Shown: one piece after another, positions 37,427 to 45,741 of the stretch
How positions within the stretch are numbered: the stretch's first letter is position 1
Layout of the letters: every line of letters starts with the position of its first letter
DNA from: Bdellovibrionota bacterium
GTDB taxonomy: Bacteria; Bdellovibrionota_C; UBA2361; CALJRW01
Reading direction: 5' to 3'
Assembly (NCBI GenBank): GCA_041740355.1
Contig: JBGSMD010000067.1
Span: 1 to 57,055, forward strand
DNA length: 57,055 nt
Program-made: the position numbers and the translations under genes
The notes under the pieces: generated by a model
Seen by the model: only the letters and a program-made list of their open reading frames with translations
Told to the model about the DNA's origin: nothing
Database searches by the model: none

Positions 37427-39451
37427 ATGCATGTAGTTCAAGATCTAGGTTTAGTTCAGGGCACACTATCGCTGCTAGGTGGAGAGTCCTTTAATACTGG
37501 GCAGAGATTAACTCAAGTTTCACTGAGTCTTGGTGTAAAAATTTCTAAATCTAAAGAAACTAAACTGCTCTTAACGCGGGAAGCTTTTGACCAGCAACAT
37601 CCTGCCTTGCTCACAGGACTCTCCGATAAATTTCGTTATTATCCCGAACAGGCTTTTGCAGTTAGTCTCATTTTAGCAGACTCTACAAATAAATTTTTAT
37701 TAAACGATACTGGCGGGGGTAAAACAGCTATTGCTTTAGCATGCGCCCAAAAAGTGATTGCTAGTGGTGGGCGTGTACTCTTCTTAAGTCGCAAGCGACA
37801 TCTGATTAGTCAAATTAAAAAGGACGCGCTAACTTATACAACCTTAGCTCCGGAAGAAATTGCCAATCTAAATGGACTAACTCCGGATAAGCGTAGTAAG
37901 ACTTACGCGGATCGTAGCAAGAAATTATTTTTAGCAACCGCCGAGACTGGTCGCAATGATCTGGCTAGTAAAGTCAATATTGGTAAAGTTAGTCCACTAT
38001 CTTTTGATTTAATAATTCTGGATGAGGCTCATACCATGGATCAAGGAGAGCGCAGGAATCGGCAGGGGCAAGACGCCTATAACCTAATTTTCCAGCAAGC
38101 TAACAAGCTTCCGCAGATGCTTCTAATGTCAGCTTCGATTATTGATCTTAATTCTCAAAAAAAATCTCCCGAAGATTTAATTTATGGGATAAGAACTTTT
38201 TTACAACGAGCTGAAGTCTCGGAGCTTATAAAGATTGAGTTGCCGGGAGTTCCTGTACATACTAAGAATCTTTTTTGCCCATTAAAAGAGTCCTTTGAAG
38301 TATTAGTCACTAAGTTAGATCGTCAAATCGGCTATTACACTGAGCGGCTAGCTAAGGATTACCAAGAAAAGGTTTTACCAGCGATTAACAACTTAACCAG
38401 AAGGCAGCGTTTTGATCTTGCTGAGCTAGAAAAACATCAAGAGTATTTTGAAAAAATTACTAAAGTCTGCCCAGCTTATTTTCAACGGGGAATGCACGCC
38501 TCGTTTCTTTCTAAATTAAATGAGTTAGATTCCAAACAAGATTCTCCTGTAAAATTATTTGATACTTATTTAACTTTTCAGGCATACAATGAAGCTTTGC
38601 GACTGCGCGATTATTTAGCATCGGATGGCGGTTACTCCTATTTACAGTATATGGGTTCGCTGATTTGGGATCAGAGGTCTGAACAAAAATTTGGCGATCA
38701 TCGTTGGAATTTAGTTTCACGACTTTGTTTTGATGGAGAACATAGTGCTTTTCGGGAAGTCTTTGAAGAATTAGCGCAAGGTACTCCCTTCCAATTATTA
38801 CTCTCAAAACAAGATTTGACATCTTTGGGTTTCGAATATGATCGTCCCAGTAAATCCAAGTTTATTACCATGGCACGAGATGCTTATTTAGCAACTGCTG
38901 ATAATCAGATTTTAAATCGGAGATATTTTGATCATCCTAAGATCGCAAAATTATTAGAGACAGTGAGTGATTATTTTGAATTTGCAAAACCCGAAAAAAA
39001 ATTATTGATTTGTACGGATTTAGTAGAGCATGTTTTCTTTCTTCGGCAGTTATTAGTGGAAAGGTTAAAATTAGATCCTAAATCTGTTACAACAGCAGTT
39101 GGTAGTGGGCAGAATTCAACAAAGCTTGGCAAAGAAAGCCAAGCAAATATTATTTCTTTTCAAGATCCAACAGGCCCGGCGATACTTGTGGCTACTGTAC
39201 CATTAATTGCTTTGGGCACTGACGTGAAGGGAGCGCGCGGTATTCTTAGTTATCGTCCTCAAGATAAACCTGTTACCGTGCAACAACTTGAAGGGCGGGT
39301 GCGACGACAGCTTGATTTTAATAATTTAGATCCCAATGATTTTGGTCACTTCTATACACTCTATTCTAAGTTTGATAGTTCTAAGATTAAAATTTTAGAA
39401 GCTAGGCAAAGATTGCAAAAAGAAATTTTGACAGCATTATCATTGCAATGA
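37427..39451 (+). CDS. SF2 DEAH helicase, Hef/Mph1/FANCM-like, no ERCC4 domain
   Basis: TGGGKT, ATAETGRNDL, LDEAH, SAS, helical insert, HPKIAKL, ILVAT, QLEGRVRR. Confidence 0.8.
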   Translation: MHVVQDLGLVQGTLSLLGGESFNTGQRLTQVSLSLGVKISKSKETKLLLTREAFDQQHPALLTGLSDKFRYYPEQAFAVSLILADSTNKFLLNDTGGGKTAIALACAQKVIASGGRVLFLSRKRHLISQIKKDALTYTTLAPEEIANLNGLTPDKRSKTYADRSKKLFLATAETGRNDLASKVNIGKVSPLSFDLIILDEAHTMDQGERRNRQGQDAYNLIFQQANKLPQMLLMSASIIDLNSQKKSPEDLIYGIRTFLQRAEVSELIKIELPGVPVHTKNLFCPLKESFEVLVTKLDRQIGYYTERLAKDYQEKVLPAINNLTRRQRFDLAELEKHQEYFEKITKVCPAYFQRGMHASFLSKLNELDSKQDSPVKLFDTYLTFQAYNEALRLRDYLASDGGYSYLQYMGSLIWDQRSEQKFGDHRWNLVSRLCFDGEHSAFREVFEELAQGTPFQLLLSKQDLTSLGFEYDRPSKSKFITMARDAYLATADNQILNRRYFDHPKIAKLLETVSDYFEFAKPEKKLLICTDLVEHVFFLRQLLVERLKLDPKSVTTAVGSGQNSTKLGKESQANIISFQDPTGPAILVATVPLIALGTDVKGARGILSYRPQDKPVTVQQLEGRVRRQLDFNNLDPNDFGHFYTLYSKFDSSKIKILEARQRLQKEILTALSLQ

Positions 39452-39487
39452 ACCTCAGCTTCGGCTTTCTTATCCAAAACTGAGGTT
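39451..39487. repeat. Minimal family B element between the helicase and RecJ-like genes
   Basis: AACCTCAG...CTGAGGTT; 39465-39487 is 22/23 identical to 14589-14611. Confidence 0.75.
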
Positions 39488-41410
39488 TTGTGCATCAAGA
39501 CATATTTGTCCTTGATACCGGCCTTTAATTGAGATTCTAGCACTGGCAATAATAGTGACTTGTTTTTTGCTTGCAAATTCTTTGGTCAGCATTTCTTGTA
39601 CCTGTGGTTTGATTAGTTCCATCGGGAGAAAGACATCTGTCTCATAACTTACGAAGCTACTCGGTCGTTCTGCGACTCTAAGTTTAAAAATATTATAATC
39701 TTTAATTTTTTCTACACTTACAATTTCTAAGTTCTGAATTATGAATGATGGTTTAGGAAAGCCATTACCAAAAGGTGCTAAGGCCGACATGCTACGAATA
39801 AGTTCTGGCGTTAGTTGAGCTAGACTTAAAGGGAGCGCCGCTTCTGCTGGATTGATTGGTTTAATTTCCTTTTTTGCACACTCTTCCTCAAATCTTGCTT
39901 TAAAAGTTTCTAAGAGCTGAGGATTGATCGTAAGCCCGGCTGCCATGGAATGTCCGCCATGCTTAATAATCACTTCGGGGTTTGTTTTTTTTATACTATC
40001 TAAGATTTCTACTAAATTAATTCCATTAACACTTCTTCCCGAGCTGTGTCCTGTTTCGCAAAAAACTATTGCCGGACACTCACAAAGTTGAGTAGCTTTG
40101 CCGGCCAAGAGACCCAGAACTCCTTTTCTAAAACCTTCTTCTTTGCTTCCGCTAAAGACAATTCCAGCAGGTTGTTCAGGAAGTGACTTTAGCTTTTTAA
40201 ACATTTTCCGCGTCGCTAAACTTTGAATTCCTTTACGGATATTATTAATTTTAATTAAATTTTCGATACCCTCTTTCCTAAGCTTTGGATTACTTTCCAA
40301 GAATATCTTAGCAACAAGTAGGGGATCGGCAATTCTTCCTTGAGCGTTAATAACTGGGGAAACGAAGAAGCCGACAATATCGGAGAGTTGGTAAATTATT
40401 TCTTCTCGTTCGAACTTTTGTAAATGTTTGGCAAGATTAATTTTTTGTCCAAAAATTTCTTTGATAAAGGGGTGTTGGGAAGTAAAAAGATTTTTCATTC
40501 CAATGGTGCAGATTGCTCTATTCCCAGGAAAGTTAAGAGGGGCAAGGTCGCCAATTGTGGCAGTGAAAGCTAGAATGGAGCAAAGGTTTAAGTCAATTTT
40601 TACTTTTTCCTGGAGTGCTATTTGAGTGCCATAAGCAAATAAATAAGTAATCCCTCCAGTGGCAAAAGGTTCCGAGTGAAATGGTTTAAAATTGTCGCAA
40701 GGATTAACAAAGATTGTTTCTTCACGCGGAGAATCTTTAGATAATAGGTGGTGATCTAGGGTGATACTATTTCTGATTTGACTTAGTTCACGCTTGTTGG
40801 TTGTGCCCATATCTAAGCAAAATAAAAGCCCATCATGCTTGTGGAGTTCAGTAAGTAGTAATATCTTCCAAGCTGATTGTTTTCCAGATTTAAAGAATGG
40901 GTCATTCTCAGCTTCCTGTGCTAAATGTTTAGCGAAAGATTCAGAGAAGTTTGTTTTAACAAAACTTAGAATTTCAGGGCGAGTTAACTTTTCATTAGCA
41001 AAAAAAGTTTCAATTAGAGTTGTTTCTATCCTTAATTGTTGATTGAAGAATGCTTGAGCTTGATCAGTGATTCTAGTGTTTAGTCCATAACCTTCAGTCT
41101 CACGAACTGGAGTGGTATACAAAATTTTTAGATTCAATGCTTGGCAAACAAGGATGATTTGCAGAGCGGCGGTAATGCCATCGGTGTCGTAATCGGAAGC
41201 AATTGCAATTGGTCGACCCCATTCCGCAAATTTGCAGAATGTTTCAATCGCTTTGGGTAAGTTTTTCATTTGCAGATAACGCTCTAGGGGAACGTCTTTT
41301 AGATTTAGTAATTCACCGGTTTCGGAGGACATTAAGGCATGACCTTGAGATCGAAGGTAACGGTTAAGGATATCCTTGGGGGAACAGCTCGGTGATTGCA
41401 ATTGCAGCAT
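39470..41410 (-). CDS. recJ: Divergent RecJ-like DHH/DHHA1 exonuclease
   Basis: DYDTDG, EGYGL, DMGT, LDHH, TIGDLAPL, NR, INAQGR, SGRS, GGHSMAAG, APFGNGFP.P. Confidence 0.82.
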   Translation of the reverse strand: MLQLQSPSCSPKDILNRYLRSQGHALMSSETGELLNLKDVPLERYLQMKNLPKAIETFCKFAEWGRPIAIASDYDTDGITAALQIILVCQALNLKILYTTPVRETEGYGLNTRITDQAQAFFNQQLRIETTLIETFFANEKLTRPEILSFVKTNFSESFAKHLAQEAENDPFFKSGKQSAWKILLLTELHKHDGLLFCLDMGTTNKRELSQIRNSITLDHHLLSKDSPREETIFVNPCDNFKPFHSEPFATGGITYLFAYGTQIALQEKVKIDLNLCSILAFTATIGDLAPLNFPGNRAICTIGMKNLFTSQHPFIKEIFGQKINLAKHLQKFEREEIIYQLSDIVGFFVSPVINAQGRIADPLLVAKIFLESNPKLRKEGIENLIKINNIRKGIQSLATRKMFKKLKSLPEQPAGIVFSGSKEEGFRKGVLGLLAGKATQLCECPAIVFCETGHSSGRSVNGINLVEILDSIKKTNPEVIIKHGGHSMAAGLTINPQLLETFKARFEEECAKKEIKPINPAEAALPLSLAQLTPELIRSMSALAPFGNGFPKPSFIIQNLEIVSVEKIKDYNIFKLRVAERPSSFVSYETDVFLPMELIKPQVQEMLTKEFASKKQVTIIASARISIKGRYQGQICLDAQNLSFG

Positions 41411-41475
41411 GGAGGGATATTATCGCTACAATTATTACTAAGCTAACAATTTAACTAGTTTTTTGATTATTATTT

Positions 41476-41648
41476 GAGTTGTTACAAGTTAATTTAGTTA
41501 CGAGAGGTTCAAGGTCTTGAAAAGACGAAAGATTTTGAGGGAAATCGGCATAGCGGTAGTTGTGTTACCGCGAGTACTATTTTCCCTCTAAATGTGATGT
41601 ATTTTCAATAGATTGAACTTCGTAGTAGAAGAGAACTTGGGACAACTC
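41476..41648. repeat. RPE/ERIC-like long palindrome (about 173 bp)
   Basis: GAGTTGTTACAAGTT / AACTTGGGACAACTC; inner GAGGGAAA/TTTCCCTC and GCGGTA/TACCGC. Confidence 0.7.
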
Positions 41649-41704
41649 TATTAACATTCAGCTAGAAAGCATAGCAAGTTAGCCCTTTTAAAAAGTATTA
41701 CAGT

Positions 41705-42697
41705 ATGATTTTTGCATTTTCCACTTATTGGTATCTTTACCTAGCATTCTTTATCTTAATTTTTGCATTGCTTTATATCGATCTAGTCTTTTTAAATAAA
41801 AAGGACTCGGTGATGTCCATGAAAAAAGCTGGAATCTTAACAGCCTTTTGGGTTTCGCTAGCATTGCTTTTTGGGATTGCCGTATATTTCTTTGTCCTTT
41901 GGCAACAAGACACATATCTAGTTAGCGGGAAAACCATACCATCCGCAGTTTTTGCTAAGACCATTTTTTTTGATTTTATTACCGCCTATTTAGTAGAGGA
42001 AGTATTATCTGTTGATAATATGTTTGTCTTTATAATCCTGTTCTCATTTTTTAAGATTGAGAGTAGATATCAACATCGCGTGTTGTTCTATGGAATACTT
42101 GGAGCAATTGTTTTTCGGGCAATTTTTATTCTCCTGGCAGCCTATCTTTTACACTTTACGTGGATTCTCTGGGTCTTTGGAGCCTTTTTATTATGGACAG
42201 GGATTAAGGTCTTAACTACAAATGATGATCATAGCCCAACAGAAGGTCCGATCATTAGATTTCTGCAGAAACGATTGCCTTTAACAAAAGAGTTACATGG
42301 AGATAATTTTTTTGTTAAGCAAAATGGTAAATGGTTAGCAACTCCTTTATTTCTAGCACTTTGTGCGGTGGAGTTATCTGATTTAACTTTTGCCGTAGAT
42401 TCGATTCCTGCGGTAGTCGCAATTACAAAAGAGCCTTTTATTATGTATAGCTCTAATATTTTTGCGATTCTTGGTCTTAGGTCGATGTATTTCTTGTTAG
42501 CAGGGATGATGCCAATGTTCCATTATTTTAAGTATGGCCTTGGTTTGATCTTAATTTTCATTGCCTTCAAGATGACTCTAATCCACCATTTTGCACCGGA
42601 CTTCCCAAGCTATGTTTCTCTAATTGTGATTATAGTGATCTTGGTAAGTAGCTTGGTGGCTTCCCTGGTCTTTCCGAAGACTAAAAAAATAGAGTAA
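41705..42697 (+). CDS. terC: TerC/Alx family membrane protein
   Basis: E..LSVDNMFVF, YQHRVLFYGILGAIVFR, D..FAVDSIPA, SNIFAILGLRSMYF. Confidence 0.93.
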   Translation: MIFAFSTYWYLYLAFFILIFALLYIDLVFLNKKDSVMSMKKAGILTAFWVSLALLFGIAVYFFVLWQQDTYLVSGKTIPSAVFAKTIFFDFITAYLVEEVLSVDNMFVFIILFSFFKIESRYQHRVLFYGILGAIVFRAIFILLAAYLLHFTWILWVFGAFLLWTGIKVLTTNDDHSPTEGPIIRFLQKRLPLTKELHGDNFFVKQNGKWLATPLFLALCAVELSDLTFAVDSIPAVVAITKEPFIMYSSNIFAILGLRSMYFLLAGMMPMFHYFKYGLGLILIFIAFKMTLIHHFAPDFPSYVSLIVIIVILVSSLVASLVFPKTKKIE

Positions 42698-42709
42698 GTT
42701 GAAATGTTT

Positions 42710-42739
42710 GATCGGCCAAGGAATGTAACTTGGTCGATC
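42710..42739. terminator. Hairpin between the convergent terC and vWA genes
   Basis: GATCGGCCAAG / CTTGGTCGATC. Confidence 0.55.
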
Positions 42740-42753
42740 CACACTCAACAATC

Positions 42754-44985
42754 TTATTTCTTAAGACTGTCAGCATTCTTAATTAATTCTAACATCTCTC
42801 GGCGATAACCTTCTTTGTCTTGCCCAAGATTCTTCTCAGCTAAAGCTAATACATCAGGATAAGTATAGTCACCTAAGAACTGGCTCTGACGTAAAAGTTG
42901 TGCGAAGTAGCTAGTAGCGGCTACGAAGTTAAAGTCAGTGCTTGGTTCTTTGGCGGATTTTACAATCGGAAAAGTAAGCAGTTCTGATTTATCTCCCGTT
43001 GGCGCTTTGAAGCGTACTTTTAGAAAAGCTAGCTCAGCACTCAAATCCTTTTTAGCAATTGATGCTTCTTTTGATTTAGGTTGATAGCGATATTCAGAGT
43101 TGAGTTTTTCAGCTAAGGCCGTACCTGTTAAGACAACTTCGTACATAGCCGTAACAGTATGACTTGAACCAATTTCTCCAGCATCGATTTGATCGTTATT
43201 AAAATCTTCTTTTTTTAGTAAGCGATTATCATAACCAATTAGGCGATAGTGGGAGACATGCTCTGGGTTAAACTCAATTTGAAGTTTAACGTCTTTGGCC
43301 ACAACTTCGATTGTTCCAAAAAGATCTTGCTCGAAAACTTTTCGTGCTTCACCAAAACTATCAATATAAAAATAGTTACCATTACCTTTGTTAGCTAACT
43401 GCTCCATCATTCCTTCGTTGTAATTGCCTGTCCCAAAGCCAATCGTTGTTAAGGTAATATTGCTTTTACGTTTTTCAGAAATCAGATTTACTAATTCTTC
43501 AGTACTAGTTGTTCCGACATTAAAGTCGCCATCTGTTGCTAAGATGACTCTGTTAACTCCATTTGGCATAAAGTGTTTGCTAGCTAATTGATAAGCTTCC
43601 TGGATGCCAGCACTACCGTATGTGCTACCACCAGAAGTTAATCCTTCAATTGCTTTTAGGATTTGATCTTTATCACTAATACTTGTTCCAGCTAAAAGCG
43701 TTCCAGCACTTCCTGCGTATGTGACAATTGATACTTTATCAGTCGCTCTCATCTTATTTGTTAAAAGTGTTAGCGATTGTTTCACTAAGCCAAGTTTGTC
43801 ATCAGCTTGCATTGAACCCGAAACATCAATTAAGAAAACTAAATGCCAAGGTTTTTCTTCGATGCGGGCATCCTTTGCTTTAATCCCAAGTTTTAATAAG
43901 AATTTTTCCTTCTCTAGTGGAGATGGGGCAAATTCATAATTTAAACTAAACGGTTTTTCGTACTGAGCTGGATAGTTATATTTAAAGTAATTAATAAATT
44001 CTTCCGCGCGGATCGAATCAGTTGGTGGCATTTGTCCCATTCGTAAAAAGCGACGAGTGTTAGTGTAGCTTCCTGTATCAACATCAATACTAAATGTTGA
44101 AATCGCTTCTTGCTGAACAGCAATGATTGGATTTTCAGTGTAGGTAGCATATCTTTCATTAGACTCTGGAACTGAAGTTGGAAGATCTGAAAGTCTTGAT
44201 CGTTGATCGATTTCCGCAACTATTCCATTTGTGGCAATACTTCCAACTGGCATGCGTCCTCCGGGCGCAACACCAGTATCCCCACTGGCAAAAACTTCTT
44301 TTTTAAGGGCTACTCCTTCCAAGCCTTTAAAGTTGCTATCTTTGTCATTGATCCTAGTTTCTGGAAGCTGTTTGGCTTCTAGCTTTTGTCCAAAATCTTT
44401 CTTTGGTTTTTGAATTAGTTCGATTGGTGTATTTTCATTTTTAGATCTTGATGCTTGAAGCGAACTTTCTTGTTCCCTAACTTTGGAAGCAATTGGAGCA
44501 GTAACTATTGGAGTGTCTAAGTCCAAATTCTTTAACTTAAGATCTTCTCTTTCAGATTCGTTTTGAGGACTCAGAAAATCAGAGTTTTCTCTAGAGTCTT
44601 TTCCAATCGTTGCTTGATATGCTTGTTTGTTTACAACTTCTGGATTCTCCTGATAGATTTTTAAAGTAACAAGTAGCAGCGCTGTAGTTGCTACCCCACT
44701 AAAAATTATTTTTTGGGATTTTGTGAACTGCATAATTAATCTCCTAATAAAAGTTTGTTGGTATTCGCTGCGAATACTTTCCATAACTTTGACCGAGAAG
44801 TTTGTATTAAGTTCGAAATTCTTTTGATTAATTTTATTTTCTAAATTAACTAATTCTTGATAGGATTTAAATTGCTTGCTTAGCTCAGGGCTCGCTTTGA
44901 TTTTAGCTAGTAATTCTTTACTTTCTAATGCACTAAGGCGCCCTTCGATTAAATCAAGAAATTTGTTTGTTGTCTGATTATTCAT
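42754..44985 (-). CDS. Anti-sigma-like N-terminus fused to YfbK-type vWA (vWF_A, VWA, DUF3520)
   Basis: STFSIDVDTGSY, EEFINYF, MIDAS DVSGS, ATDGDFNVG, YRLIGYDNR; likely start ATG 44985 after AAGGAG. Confidence 0.88.
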   Translation of the reverse strand: MNNQTTNKFLDLIEGRLSALESKELLAKIKASPELSKQFKSYQELVNLENKINQKNFELNTNFSVKVMESIRSEYQQTFIRRLIMQFTKSQKIIFSGVATTALLLVTLKIYQENPEVVNKQAYQATIGKDSRENSDFLSPQNESEREDLKLKNLDLDTPIVTAPIASKVREQESSLQASRSKNENTPIELIQKPKKDFGQKLEAKQLPETRINDKDSNFKGLEGVALKKEVFASGDTGVAPGGRMPVGSIATNGIVAEIDQRSRLSDLPTSVPESNERYATYTENPIIAVQQEAISTFSIDVDTGSYTNTRRFLRMGQMPPTDSIRAEEFINYFKYNYPAQYEKPFSLNYEFAPSPLEKEKFLLKLGIKAKDARIEEKPWHLVFLIDVSGSMQADDKLGLVKQSLTLLTNKMRATDKVSIVTYAGSAGTLLAGTSISDKDQILKAIEGLTSGGSTYGSAGIQEAYQLASKHFMPNGVNRVILATDGDFNVGTTSTEELVNLISEKRKSNITLTTIGFGTGNYNEGMMEQLANKGNGNYFYIDSFGEARKVFEQDLFGTIEVVAKDVKLQIEFNPEHVSHYRLIGYDNRLLKKEDFNNDQIDAGEIGSSHTVTAMYEVVLTGTALAEKLNSEYRYQPKSKEASIAKKDLSAELAFLKVRFKAPTGDKSELLTFPIVKSAKEPSTDFNFVAATSYFAQLLRQSQFLGDYTYPDVLALAEKNLGQDKEGYRREMLELIKNADSLKK

Positions 44986-44986
44986 T

Positions 44987-45544
44987 TTATTTATCTCCTT
45001 GCATGGTAGAGTTTTCCATACACTCAACTAGTAGTAGTCGGGCACGATTAATTCGGGATCTAACAGTGCCGATTGGCACGCTACTTAACTCAGCAACAAA
45101 CTCATAACTTTGGCCATCAAGTGCTACTAATACTAGCGCCTCTCTAAATTTGTTTTTAAGTTTTGCTAGGCAATTATAAAGTGATCCAAACTTTTCTTGA
45201 TCTATAACTTGTTCTTCGGGGGATTTAAGTTGGGTAGTTTCAATAAGTGACAGGCCTTTTTCGGCCGAACGCTGATTCTTAAACTCTTTAGAGTTGAAAT
45301 ATCCATTAGTAACATTTAGGGCGATTCGAATTAACCAAGTCGAGAATTTAGACTCGAAACGGAAGGAGTGAATGCCCCTAAAAGCTTTAATAAAAGTTTC
45401 TTGTGCTAGATCCTCAGCGACTTCATGTCTTAAGCCTTGTTTAGCAATAATTCGATAAATTAAATTTTGATGTAAGTTAACAAGATGCCGATATTCTTCG
45501 GTTTCTCCGTTTTGCACTTGTTTGATTAGTTGTTCTTCGTCCAT
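44987..45544 (-). CDS. ECF sigma factor (RpoE-like)
   Basis: AEDLAQETFIKAF, FSTWLIRIA.N, PIGTVRSRINRAR. Confidence 0.93.
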   Translation of the reverse strand: MDEEQLIKQVQNGETEEYRHLVNLHQNLIYRIIAKQGLRHEVAEDLAQETFIKAFRGIHSFRFESKFSTWLIRIALNVTNGYFNSKEFKNQRSAEKGLSLIETTQLKSPEEQVIDQEKFGSLYNCLAKLKNKFREALVLVALDGQSYEFVAELSSVPIGTVRSRINRARLLLVECMENSTMQGDK

Positions 45545-45741
45545 GTTGCGATTTCTAAACTTGGTGCTTGCCTCAATGGTCTTTCTACTTGATCACTTAG
45601 ATACTAACAATTAAGAAAAGTTCGAAAAGTACATTAAGAATCATTAATTTTCTATTTATTTGCATAATTCTTTAGAGATCTAGGTTTGTCAGTATCGAAT
45701 AGGGCGTGTTCTGACAATCAGATCTATGTTAATTATTTTTC

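Noticed and set aside
41420-41704. yybP-ykoY Mn riboswitch expected upstream of terC/alx
   Set aside because: No GGGGAGUAG / UCGUCAAUAC-like consensus is visible; the structure there is a long palindrome similar to other repeats
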